Shown: positions 23,786 through 32,971 of the stretch, in pieces
Position numbering within the stretch: position 1 is the first letter of the stretch
Layout of the letters: each line of letters begins with the position of its first letter
Source: an uncultured bacterium
GTDB taxonomy: Bacteria; Verrucomicrobiota; Kiritimatiellia; RFP12; CAIWXQ01
Reading direction: 5' to 3'
DNA length: 64,000 bases
Assembly (NCBI GenBank): GCA_903916675.1
Contig: CAIWXQ010000029.1
Location: 14,376 to 78,375 of the forward strand
Program-made: the position numbers and the translations under genes
Notes under the pieces: generated by a model
The model's input: only the letters and a program-made list of their open reading frames with translations
The model's database searches: none
Told to the model about the DNA's origin: nothing

Positions 23786-23926
23786 GATCACCACCGAGAA
23801 GGCTGTAGGCTGAATACTGTTAGGTGAGAGAGTTTCCACCGCGAAGAACGCGACGAAACGCGAAGGTGGGATCGATGGGAGCGTTCAGGCGTTCGCGTAA
23901 ATCAGGTCCGGATCGGTGTCGTAGTC

Positions 23927-23999
23927 CCGTCTTCGCTGCGCTACGCCGCGGCACGCGTAGGAGACATCATCCGCCTCCGCCTCGACTACGGCGGACAAG
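23927..23999. repeat. Pair of short REP-like palindromes
   Basis: CCGTCTTCGCTGCGCTACGCCGCGGCACG and CCGCCTCCGCCTCGACTACGGCGGACAAG, two related imperfect hairpins. Confidence 0.5.
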
Positions 24000-24122
24000 T
24001 CGAGGCACGGCTCGATGACCAGTTCGTTGGGTGGGTCGGGGCCAGCGAGAAGGCTGCAGGACGGAGGAAAAGCAAAGTGCTCGAAGCAGCCCGTTGTGGA
24101 CCTTGGCGGTCTCTGTATGCTC

Positions 24123-24305
24123 TTACCTGCAAATGTTCGCGGCAGGTTGCGTCAAGAAATCCACGACCTCGGGGATGATCGGGCGCAGGAAACCGTAGCG
24201 GGGATGGGAATGCCGCTCGTAGCCGGCGAGAAAGGCGGCGAAATGCCGGGACAGACATTGCCAGAGGGGCGGAGCACAGGGTTTGTGGGGGCGGTAGGGT
24301 TTCAC
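24123..24305 (-). pseudogene. IS91-family (Y2 HUH) transposase N-terminal remnant
   Basis: KPYRPHKPCAPPLWQCLSRHFAAFLAGYERHSHPRYGFLRPIIPEVVDFL resembles the segment preceding the zinc-binding domain of IS91-like transposases; truncated and oriented toward the oriIS-like end. Confidence 0.72.
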
Positions 24306-24347
24306 CTACCGGGATATATGCAACCTGGGGGCGAAATCTTACACGGG

Positions 24348-24395
24348 TAGCGGCGGGATTTGGATTAGGAGCACGATTACGATTAGGAGGAGAAG
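24348..24395. repeat. Partial copy of the array spacer (GATTAG segment)
   Basis: TAGCGGCGGGATTTGGATTAGGAG...GATTAGGAGGAGAAG matches 29881-29922 and 31929-31970. Confidence 0.85.
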
Positions 24396-24562
24396 TTACA
24401 CGGGGCCGATAACTAGAGTGGCGTTAAGGTAGTAACCAGTTGCGGAGGGCAGTGGGGTGATCCCATCCTTGACGTGTGCCCCGGTTGTGCCACGCTTACC
24501 GCATGATTAAAGATTCCCCCAAGTCCTTTCAACAGTATCCATGGCTGGCCGCGTTTCCGGGC

Positions 24563-25582
24563 TTATTCATCCAGCGTGACCACCGTGCCGGAGGCGGCGG
24601 AAGCCAGCATGGCGTGCGCCACGCGTAGCGACTCGATGCTGCTGCGCAACGTGGCCACAGGCGTGGCCCGCCCCTCAAGGCAGTCGAAGAAGTGCTCGAC
24701 ACTGCGCATGGGCCGGTCGCGCATCCGCATCCATCCACACTCGAAGCTCATGACTTCGTCCTGCGCCACGTGCTCCTCGCGAAACCGGTCGAAATGATAC
24801 GGATGCGCCAACTGCGAAGCAAACGAACCTCTGGAACCGGTGATCACGAGGTGCTCGTACGGCAGACGCGCCAGCGAATCGCCCACATGGAACATCGCGC
24901 CGCTGCGCAACCGGCCGGTGGCAAAGACCAGTTCCTCGGTATTTCCGCCCGGGACCGTGGTCCGGGTGGTGCAGTATACCTCGCGGAACGGGCCGAACAG
25001 GAAGTAGAGGAAATCGAGCTGGTGGCAGCAATGGTGCACGATCCATCCGCCAGACTCCTCCGGCCGTTCCGTGGCCCAGTGGCGCGCGCCCGAGGCATGC
25101 AGGCCGTTGGGGCGGCAGCGCTCGTAGCTGATGGAGAGGATCTCGCCAAACGCGCCGCGCTGCAGCAGCGACTGGATCTGGTCCGCCTGCGTCGTGTACC
25201 GGAGCGAATAGTTCACGGTGTTCACGACCCCGGCCTTCTCCACCGCCTCCACCATGGCCAAGGCATCCGGCAGCAGCACGGCAACGGGCTTCTCGCAGAA
25301 GATGGGCAATCCGCGCGCCGCCGCAGCCAGCACATGCTCCCTGTGGGCGCTGTTGCTGGAGGTGACCATGACAAAGTCCAGCCCCCAGCCGCAAAGCTCC
25401 TGCACATCGCGCGTGACCCGCAGGCCGAATTCAGCCGCCGCCAGATCCAGCCTGGGCTGGCTGCGGTCGCAGGCCGCCACAATCCGCGCGCGGGGATTGT
25501 TCCCCTTGTTTAGGTAGTGCGTCAACTCCTGGCCAGCGACTCCGAACCCGATGATTCCACCTGTTAGCATGGCAGATTCCAT
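24563..25582 (-). CDS. Gfo/Idh/MocA family oxidoreductase (cargo B)
   Basis: GIIGFGVAG Rossmann motif, IFCEKP, HHCCHQLD; start may be at 25570. Confidence 0.88.
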   Translation of the reverse strand: MESAMLTGGIIGFGVAGQELTHYLNKGNNPRARIVAACDRSQPRLDLAAAEFGLRVTRDVQELCGWGLDFVMVTSSNSAHREHVLAAAARGLPIFCEKPVAVLLPDALAMVEAVEKAGVVNTVNYSLRYTTQADQIQSLLQRGAFGEILSISYERCRPNGLHASGARHWATERPEESGGWIVHHCCHQLDFLYFLFGPFREVYCTTRTTVPGGNTEELVFATGRLRSGAMFHVGDSLARLPYEHLVITGSRGSFASQLAHPYHFDRFREEHVAQDEVMSFECGWMRMRDRPMRSVEHFFDCLEGRATPVATLRSSIESLRVAHAMLASAASGTVVTLDE

Positions 25583-25660
25583 CCCAAGGGCTTACCTGTT
25601 TCAACCATGTTGGATCGTCTGAAGAATTCCGGGACACAGCGCACCGGAAGCTCGTGTCGG

Positions 25661-27502
25661 TCACGGGTTGCTTTCCGGACGCACACCCCAATGCGGCAGC
25701 GGTGCGCCAAACTCCAGCGCGCCCAGATCCGGCGCAGCCCCAACAAACGTTTCGACGATGTTTGGAATCACGATCCCCTTGTCAATGGCTGGCGAGCCCT
25801 TGGCCAGGGCATAGATGAGTTTGGGCGCGGTCCACGTCTCGTTGATGGCTTTGTCCGTTGCAGCCTGGTCCGGGAACTTGTCGGCCATACAGGATTCCAT
25901 TGTCAGGAGCACGCCATGCCGCTCCAGCCCGGTGAGGGACTGGAACTGCGCCAGCGTCAGGATAGTTGCATACGGCTTGCCCGCAGCGCCGAAAAAGTGA
26001 GCCATGTGGCCGGCAAATGTGCCGTTGTAGCCGTTATAATCAAGGTCGAGCGTGTGCGGCGACCGAAGAAAGTCCTCCACGTGGTATTTGAGCGCGATTT
26101 TCTGACCGGTGAGGAACAGGTTGTTCCGGGCATAGGTCTGCTCGATGAGGTCTGTGGTTCCCTTTTCAACATCACCGGCGGCAATGAAGGTGTTATTGAT
26201 CAGGATCGCGCCGCAGGACTTGTAGCGCTGCTTGATGGGCGATTCGCGGCAGTTGTGGACAATGTTGCGTATGATGTAAGCTGGGCCGCCGATGTAGGGC
26301 TGAAAGCTGATGCCGTTGTTGCCGGTGTAAGACCAGCGGTTGCCCCAGACGCGCAGGTTGGGACCACCCTCGTCCAGCTCAATGCCATCGTCGGCGTTGA
26401 AGAAGCAGTTGTTGCCATAGACATCGCTGTCGGAGCACTGGGCGCGAAGCAGGTCAGCCACACGCGTGACCTGGTTGTAGCAGATGATGTTTCCCTTCCC
26501 GCCCACACCGTCGTTGATCACCAGGCCGTGTGCTTCGCTCCAGTCGTCATCCTTCGGCATTTTCGACGGCGGCGCCTTGATGCCGGTGATCGTGTTGTCG
26601 GCGAAATAGCCATTGCGCCCGCCGGCGCGAATCGCATCCCAGCACCCGGATATCGTGCAGCGCATGACGGCCACGTCCTCGCAGGTGATCTTTTTGACCT
26701 CGATGCCGTTCTCAAAGGACCGGATGCGCAGCCCCTGAATCCAGACATGCGATCCGCGGATTTCGATCCCCGTTCCCTGCCCACCGGCAAACTCCTTTTC
26801 CGGCGCATCGCCCTGGATGATGACTTCGCCCTCTTTGTCCGCCACAATGCAGATGGGGTTTGCAGGCGTGCCGCTGGCATCAACCGTAAACCCGCGGTAG
26901 GTTCCGGCATGCACACGGAAGATGTCGCCGGGGCGGGCCCTGGCCACGGCTTCTGCCAAGGCATGGCCGCCGCCCTTGACATCCATGCGCTGGCCGGTTT
27001 TCGGAATCACGGGTTCCACGCGGGTGGTGAACGACAGGGTCTTCGTTGCGCCGCCGCCATCCGGGTCGGCCAGCGTGATCCTGGCCTCGTAGGCGGTACC
27101 GGGGTTCAGGTTGAAGATCGACCCGGCAAAGTAATTCCATTTGTAATGCTCCTGCAGGTACAGGAACTTATCCTTGCTCCATTTCGGAAGCCCTTTGAGG
27201 AACTCAACCGGAATGCCGCCGACCGTATTGGCCGTCCGGTCCACCGCCTGCGGGAACATACGCCACATGGGGAGCGTCTTGTTCCAATTCGTCTTTCCCT
27301 TTTCGCGGAACTCCAATGTGCCGGTGGCGTTGCGGTTGTCATCGCCGCTGATATTCCAGGTGATGCCAGCGCAAAGGATTGTGGGCACCACTTCAATCGC
27401 GCCCGGGACCAGCGCATTGCCCGCTCTCACGATCAGGGGCGCGATGGCCAGAAAACAAAGCGCGGCAAAGATCGCGCCAGAGAAACGACCGGGGCCATGC
27501 AT
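25661..27502 (-). CDS. Secreted right-handed beta-helix protein (cargo B)
   Basis: GAAAGGA RBS, signal peptide, FAGSIFNLNPGTAYE, DDGIELD, GSPAIDKG, APDLGALE. Confidence 0.82.
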   Translation of the reverse strand: MHGPGRFSGAIFAALCFLAIAPLIVRAGNALVPGAIEVVPTILCAGITWNISGDDNRNATGTLEFREKGKTNWNKTLPMWRMFPQAVDRTANTVGGIPVEFLKGLPKWSKDKFLYLQEHYKWNYFAGSIFNLNPGTAYEARITLADPDGGGATKTLSFTTRVEPVIPKTGQRMDVKGGGHALAEAVARARPGDIFRVHAGTYRGFTVDASGTPANPICIVADKEGEVIIQGDAPEKEFAGGQGTGIEIRGSHVWIQGLRIRSFENGIEVKKITCEDVAVMRCTISGCWDAIRAGGRNGYFADNTITGIKAPPSKMPKDDDWSEAHGLVINDGVGGKGNIICYNQVTRVADLLRAQCSDSDVYGNNCFFNADDGIELDEGGPNLRVWGNRWSYTGNNGISFQPYIGGPAYIIRNIVHNCRESPIKQRYKSCGAILINNTFIAAGDVEKGTTDLIEQTYARNNLFLTGQKIALKYHVEDFLRSPHTLDLDYNGYNGTFAGHMAHFFGAAGKPYATILTLAQFQSLTGLERHGVLLTMESCMADKFPDQAATDKAINETWTAPKLIYALAKGSPAIDKGIVIPNIVETFVGAAPDLGALEFGAPLPHWGVRPESNP

Positions 27503-27558
27503 GTGGCATTCCTTTCGCAGGGCTGAAAACGCATCGCGGCCAAATTCTGCAGGTTGTT

Positions 27559-29505
27559 CTACTGTTGCGTACTCAGATTCTTCGGGTGCGCCAGTTGGCT
27601 GGCGCTCTCTTCCACCGTGATGGTGCTGCCGTCCTCCGCATAGGACGGTGGCGCGATGGAATCGGATACGCCGGGGAACAGTTCTTCCACGCGCGCACGA
27701 TGCCTGCACATGGTCATAATTTTCCTTTCCAGCAGTTCCGGCAGGTTAACGGGCAGGCAGAACGTGGATTCCTCTCCTGTGGCAATCAGCGGCGTGCGGG
27801 CGTGGTGAAGCAGCGCGATGATGCGGCGGCAGTTGGCGATGTCGCCGTCGATCATATCATACAGTCGCCGCTTTTCGCGCGGTTGCGCCCATTTGTCGCG
27901 CAACGGATGGCCGGCAAACCGGTCGATCACCCACTGCACGGCCGTGGCGTGCAACTGACAGCGGAACAGGCTGGCAAACATGTCGATGCGATCCCGCTGG
28001 TCGCGCAACCAGGCGAGGTGCGTGGCATCTGTGCCCGGCTGCGCACAGGCCGCATCGAGCGTGCGCAGCGCCCGTCCAAAGTACAACTGCATCGCCTCCA
28101 ACCCGTCGGTTCGCCAGGCATACTCGGGTAATGCATAGAGAACCGTATTCTCGGATGCCAGCAGGGTCCGGAAGCCCAGTTCCAAGTCACGATCCTTGAT
28201 GGCATGTGCTGACCAATATCCTCGCTCCTCCGCATCCAGTGCCGCCGGCACCGGGACGAATGGACGTGTCAGCCAGCGACGGCCCAGGATGGAATAGAAG
28301 AAGTAGTAGGAATGATCGTAGCGAATCGGGTGGACGAGCAGCGCCTGCTGGACATCGCGCCAGGCAGATTCCAAGGCCGCTGCATGCACCGGGCCCACCA
28401 GTTCGACAGCCAGTTCCGCCACCATCCGGTCCACACCCGCCACATTTGCCGGGCAGTGCGCCAGACAACGGTCCAGCAGCATCTGCAGCGGCGCGCAAGT
28501 TCCGGGCAGCGGCCCGGGAGCCGTGTATCCGCACTCGATGGTCCGCACGTCCGTCTCCCGCAGCGACAGCACCATTTCGCCGCCCATGAACAACAGTGGC
28601 GGCGCCACCATCGGATTCCACCAGTACTTGCCCGCCGGATCCATACCTGCAACCGGGCGCGTCTCCGTGCCTTGGCAGGCATGGGCAAAGGTGTGCAGGT
28701 GATGCCCGGAAAAAGGCAGGTTCACGGGGTCACTGAACCCGCTGACGCAGACCAGCCGCGACGGCGGCCGCAGGGCACGGGCGGTTGACTGCAATTCCGC
28801 GGGTGTGAAATGCGTGCCGACAAAATCCACGACCAGTTCCCGACCGCCCGCGCGCGAGCCGTCGCGGATCGCCTGAAACCAGGACTGCACCCGTTCGCCC
28901 ATGTCGCGATCGCGCACCTCTGCCGGGCCGTTGGGGCCGGGATAGAGGCCGCGGCACCAGTTGATGCCCGCGCCTGAGTCGTTGGTCCAGATGACAATCC
29001 GCTGCACTGCGGGCGCGAGTTCCACCAGCCCCCGGGCCAGCTGGTAATAGTGTTCCAGCACGAGGGGATGGTCGATGTTCAGCGCGTAGTGCGCCGAACG
29101 CGAAACCCCGGGCTGGTCGCAACGGCACCCCTTGAGCCCGGGATGCGTGGCATACCATGGCTCCGGCATCCAGATCGGCTCGAGGAACCTGATCGAAGCC
29201 CCCATCCCATGCCGCTGCAGGAGGGCGCTCTGCCAACGAAGCATCACGCGGTTGCGGGCATAGGTTTCGGGGAGAAAATAGCCGTGGATGAGGTCGGTCT
29301 CGACGATCTTGTACATCGCCGCGTTGATGACCGCGTAAAACTCCCAGGTGTCTTCCGTACTGGTGCGCTGCTCAGGGGTCGGTCCGGCCAAGCCGTCCAA
29401 GGCGACCAGCGAGTATCCCTGACCACTGGCCTGGCGCACCTGCGCTTCGAAGACATCCGGCGTCGACGCATCGAGGCCTACAGTCAAGACGTCGAACTCG
29501 CACAT
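27559..29505 (-). CDS. Hypothetical protein, possibly glycoside-hydrolase-like (cargo B)
   Basis: 648-aa ORF with AGAAGGGG RBS; WTNDSGAG motif; co-oriented with carbohydrate-type genes. Function not identified. Confidence 0.7.
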   Translation of the reverse strand: MCEFDVLTVGLDASTPDVFEAQVRQASGQGYSLVALDGLAGPTPEQRTSTEDTWEFYAVINAAMYKIVETDLIHGYFLPETYARNRVMLRWQSALLQRHGMGASIRFLEPIWMPEPWYATHPGLKGCRCDQPGVSRSAHYALNIDHPLVLEHYYQLARGLVELAPAVQRIVIWTNDSGAGINWCRGLYPGPNGPAEVRDRDMGERVQSWFQAIRDGSRAGGRELVVDFVGTHFTPAELQSTARALRPPSRLVCVSGFSDPVNLPFSGHHLHTFAHACQGTETRPVAGMDPAGKYWWNPMVAPPLLFMGGEMVLSLRETDVRTIECGYTAPGPLPGTCAPLQMLLDRCLAHCPANVAGVDRMVAELAVELVGPVHAAALESAWRDVQQALLVHPIRYDHSYYFFYSILGRRWLTRPFVPVPAALDAEERGYWSAHAIKDRDLELGFRTLLASENTVLYALPEYAWRTDGLEAMQLYFGRALRTLDAACAQPGTDATHLAWLRDQRDRIDMFASLFRCQLHATAVQWVIDRFAGHPLRDKWAQPREKRRLYDMIDGDIANCRRIIALLHHARTPLIATGEESTFCLPVNLPELLERKIMTMCRHRARVEELFPGVSDSIAPPSYAEDGSTITVEESASQLAHPKNLSTQQ

Positions 29506-29526
29506 GCAACCGGAACCCCTTCTAAA

Positions 29527-30173
29527 ATTGATAAGAAATCGCTTTCAGGCTGACACGGGCACAGGTCCGCAGAAACCGGTTGGCAGCAGCGCATTCGTGA
29601 TTAAAAGCCTGCCAGAAGCGGGAATAGATGTCCAGTACACAGCGACACGCCCCTATGGGGCCCGGACGGGGCGTGAAAGAAAGCTGCAGGGAGATGTGGA
29701 CAACAGACTGGAACCCAGTGGCCGCATCATGGACCACTGGCGCCGCTGCAAAGCGGCTAGCACCAGGAACCTGGAGCGTGCCGAGGGGCTAGTCATCCCC
29801 GTTCCGCGGTCAACATGTGTGCTACCATATTACCGGTGAAAGTGGCCTCATATGTCGGTTAGCGCTACACCCTTCCCGGCTAGCGGCGGGATTCGGATTA
29901 GGAGTGCGATTAGGAGGAGAAGATGAGTCAGCCCTCCGGCGAGGAAATCCGTACGCAGCGGAGTGCACGCCCTACCCCGCGGCGACAGAAAACGGCGGCT
30001 GCCACTTTGTGGAACTCTGTCAAAAATGCGCCGGGTGCCGCTGGCGCTGGGCCTTGACCTTGGGCTGCTCCAACCCGAGCGCGTACCACTCCTCTGCCAA
30101 GCCGGCGTTAGAGAACTGGTTGACGCGGTTGTTGGCGAGATGGTCGCGGTTGGCCTTGATGATCTCGTCTTCC
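29527..30173 (-). repeat. Array unit 2: truncated 3' end of gene X (30020-30173) plus ~490-bp non-coding element ending in an oriIS-like site
   Basis: Aligns by eye end to end with 31574-32232; 30020-30173 matches 33010-33163. Confidence 0.93.
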
Positions 30174-30199
30174 GCGGGATCGTATATTGCGACCTATTG

Positions 30200-31609
30200 T
30201 CACGGAACGCTCAGCTTGTAGAATTTCACGGCGGCCCTGTTGGTGTCGACATACGACGATTGCAGCCCGCTTGCATTCTGGCCGTTGGTCCCATTGGCCG
30301 CGGTCCAGGCGCCCGCCAAGTTTGTGGAGGTCTCCACCACGTAGGAAATGCCGGGCAGTGTTTGATAGTTCAGCACTGCCTGGTCATGGACAACAAGGGA
30401 TACGATGGCCGGATTCTCCAGCAGCGGGCCTGTGGGGCTTGCGTAGAAATAGTTGTTGCCGAGCAGATTGATCGTGTCCGTGATGGCGGCGCTGGTGTAG
30501 GTGGTGATGCCGCAGTTCACGGCGACGAGAACCAGAAACCGGTTCGTGGGCCACAGGTAGAATTCCGAGTCCTGGCCAAAAATATCCCCACCGTGGTAGA
30601 GGCCGTTCTCGCCGGCAAATGACCAGTACAGAATCGAGACGCCACGGCCCATGTCATTGCTGCCGATGGTCTGGTGGATGTCGTAAGGCAGGTGGAGCCG
30701 GGGCAGGACCGCGGTGTTGGTCAGGTAGTCGCTGACGACCGTGTTGGCGTGCAGATGGATGAACTTCGCCCAGTCTTTCAGCGGAAGCCCCGCGTAACCG
30801 GCGGCACCACAGGAGGCGCGGTAGTGCCACTCGTAGTTCGAGGGCAACTTGAGGCGCGGCGTGAGTACAAAGGTGTTCGTGTTCAAGTCGTGGCCAACCG
30901 GCGCCTTGGGCGGCAGCGTGTTGTCAAAGACCTGACCCAGTGCCGCCGAACTCATCCGGACAGGCGTGAAGACCTCCTGCTGGATCAAGGTTTCCCAGTC
31001 TGTTCCGCTGGCGATTTCCAGCATCGTGGCGACTACGGCGTAGCCCTGGTTGGCATACAGGTACTGGCCCGGCGGAACTTGCGGCGCGTCCTTGAGCACT
31101 GTGTCGCTCACCCAGCGACGGAGCTGCGAGACGCTGCCGTTCTGCGTCATGAAAGTCGACCAGTGGTTGGCGTCAAATGTGTTTTCTTCCTGCACGCCGC
31201 CGCGATGGCAGAGCAACTGGTCGAGCGTCACGTTCGTGAACGCCGGGTTGAATGCCGGGTAGTTGGTGAACAGGTCGCAGATGCGCGTGTTCCAGTCAAT
31301 CAGGCCGCGATCCACCAGGCGCCCCGCGATGGTGGCTGTCATCCATTTCGTGCAGGAACCAATGTTGACGGGATCGGTGACCAGGAAAGGCGTGTTGGTG
31401 CCCTGCCGGCGGTAGCCTGCGGCTCCCTGCGCCACAATGTGCCCCTGCCTGACAGCCATGGCCGCGATGCCCGGCATGTGGCGGTTGGTCCGGATCGTCT
31501 CGAGACTGGCACTGACATCAACCTGGCCACGGGCTGCGGAATGGCCCAAGAGAAAGAGGAAAATGGCCGCCAGATTGACAAGGAACCGCTTTCTGGCAGA
31601 CAGGGGCAC
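30200..31609 (-). CDS. Secreted serine hydrolase (beta-lactamase/AmpC-like family), cargo A
   Basis: SxxK (GSCTK), LLCHRGG, YxN (YAN), HGG, and a C-terminal YVVETSTNL...FYKL domain; the GTG start lies inside the repeat element. Confidence 0.88.
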   Translation of the reverse strand: MPLSARKRFLVNLAAIFLFLLGHSAARGQVDVSASLETIRTNRHMPGIAAMAVRQGHIVAQGAAGYRRQGTNTPFLVTDPVNIGSCTKWMTATIAGRLVDRGLIDWNTRICDLFTNYPAFNPAFTNVTLDQLLCHRGGVQEENTFDANHWSTFMTQNGSVSQLRRWVSDTVLKDAPQVPPGQYLYANQGYAVVATMLEIASGTDWETLIQQEVFTPVRMSSAALGQVFDNTLPPKAPVGHDLNTNTFVLTPRLKLPSNYEWHYRASCGAAGYAGLPLKDWAKFIHLHANTVVSDYLTNTAVLPRLHLPYDIHQTIGSNDMGRGVSILYWSFAGENGLYHGGDIFGQDSEFYLWPTNRFLVLVAVNCGITTYTSAAITDTINLLGNNYFYASPTGPLLENPAIVSLVVHDQAVLNYQTLPGISYVVETSTNLAGAWTAANGTNGQNASGLQSSYVDTNRAAVKFYKLSVP

Positions 31610-32232
31610 AGGTCCGCAGAAACAGGCTGGTAGTAGCGCATTCGTGGTGAAAAGCCTGCCAGAAGCGGGGATAGATGTCTAGTACACAGCGACACGCCCC
31701 TACGGGCCCGGGCGGGGCGTGAGAGAAGGCTGCAGAGAGATGTGGACGACACAGACTGGAACCCAGTGGCTGCGTCATGGGCCACTGGCGCCGCTGCAAA
31801 GCGGCTAGCACCAGGAACCTGGAGCGTGCCGAGGGGCTAGTCATCCCCGTTCCGCGGTCAACAGGTGTGCTACCACATTACCGGTGAAAGTGGCCTCACA
31901 TGGCGGTTAGCACTACACCCTTCCCGTCTAGCGGCGGGAATCGGATTAGGAGTGCGATTAGGAGGAGAAGATGAGTCAGCCCTCCGGCGGAGGGGATCCG
32001 TACGCAGCGGAGTGCACGCCCGTGGCGACAGAAAACGGCGGCTGACACAGCCGCCGCTACACTGCGGGCGGGCGACAGCTGCCACTTTGTTGAACACTGT
32101 TAGAAATGCCCCGGGTGCCGCTGGCGCTGGGCCTTGATCTTGGGCTGCTCAAGCCTGAGCGCGTACCACTCCTCTGCCAGGCCGGCGTTGGAGAATTGGT
32201 TGACGCGGTTGTTGGCGAGGTGGTCGCGGTTG
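31574..32232 (-). repeat. Array unit 3: truncated 3' end of gene X (32100-32232) plus ~525-bp non-coding element ending in an oriIS-like site
   Basis: Direct repeat of unit 2; 32100-32232 matches 33010-33142; includes a REP hairpin at 32036-32061. Confidence 0.93.
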
Positions 32233-32288
32233 TCCTTTACGGGTCAGTCCCAGCGAGTTGTTTGGTGCTCCTCGTATTTCAGAAGCTA

Positions 32289-32633
32289 TCACTTCAAAGC
32301 CCATTCAACTCTCGTTGCGCTGAAAGCATCGATCGCTCGATACCCCTTGCTGTAACGGCCACTGTGCTTTGTGCCTGGAGGAATGACACACTCATCACCA
32401 GGGTGAAGATGAACTGGCTGCCCCCCAACAGTCCCATCAAATGTCCCCTCGACAACCAACGCGTATTCCCAAAAGTCGTGGACCTGCTCGGCTTGCTCGC
32501 CGCCTTCTTCACATTGCCAGAACACTACCTGTGCATGGTCATTCCCTTTGAATAGACACCCGTGCATGTGGCTATCAGGCGAGCCCGTAACCCGATTCGC
32601 GGGGGACATCACAAAACTCGGAAATGATTTCAT
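32289..32633 (-). CDS. Cupin-domain protein (cargo)
   Basis: AGGAGA RBS, HDFWEYALVVEG and LHPGDECVIPPGTKH cupin motifs; lower GC than the flanks. Confidence 0.85.
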   Translation of the reverse strand: MKSFPSFVMSPANRVTGSPDSHMHGCLFKGNDHAQVVFWQCEEGGEQAEQVHDFWEYALVVEGTFDGTVGGQPVHLHPGDECVIPPGTKHSGRYSKGYRAIDAFSATRVEWALK

Positions 32634-32946
32634 CAGAATCTCCTGCGTTCCCTACTGCTCATTCTGGATTCGCCCGCGCACCAACTAATATCAGCGTTAG
32701 AAAACTGAAGCCGGACACCTGCTCTAAATCACATTCACCAGCTGGCAAAGGAACCGTAGCGCATATTAGATATTAGCGTCAAGGAGTCAACAGGATGCAC
32801 AAACCGGCAGGATTCGGCACAGGGCCAGGCGCCGGGTGTACGTGACGGGATCCACTGCCTATTGCCGTATTTCGTGTGCCGGCATTCCAGATTATTAACA
32901 AGGTCTGTCGGAGGATGAGGGGGCGTTGGGAAGGCACCGTGGAGAT

Positions 32947-32971
32947 GGCGGCTGACACAGCCGCCGCTACA
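32947..32971 (-). repeat. GTAG-type REP hairpin downstream of gene X
   Basis: Minus strand GTAG-CGGCGGCTG-TGT-CAGCCGCC; second copy at 32036-32061; deleted in unit 2. Confidence 0.7.

Noticed and set aside
23669-23839. N-terminal extension of the 632-aa ORF
   Set aside because: It is GC-richer element sequence upstream of the junction; the signal peptide starts after 23668.
29504-30221. Small ORFs inside the repeat element
   Set aside because: The frames are not preserved between the two copies because of indels and stops.
30200-31609. Antibiotic-resistance beta-lactamase
   Set aside because: SxxK and YxN only place it in the broad serine hydrolase family; HGG replaces KTG, so esterase or peptidase activity is at least as likely.
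29527-32232. CRISPR array or classical integron
   Set aside because: The repeats are about 650 bp, with no short repeat-spacer periodicity, no cas or intI gene, and no convincing RYYYAAC...GTTRRRY attC after the cargo genes.
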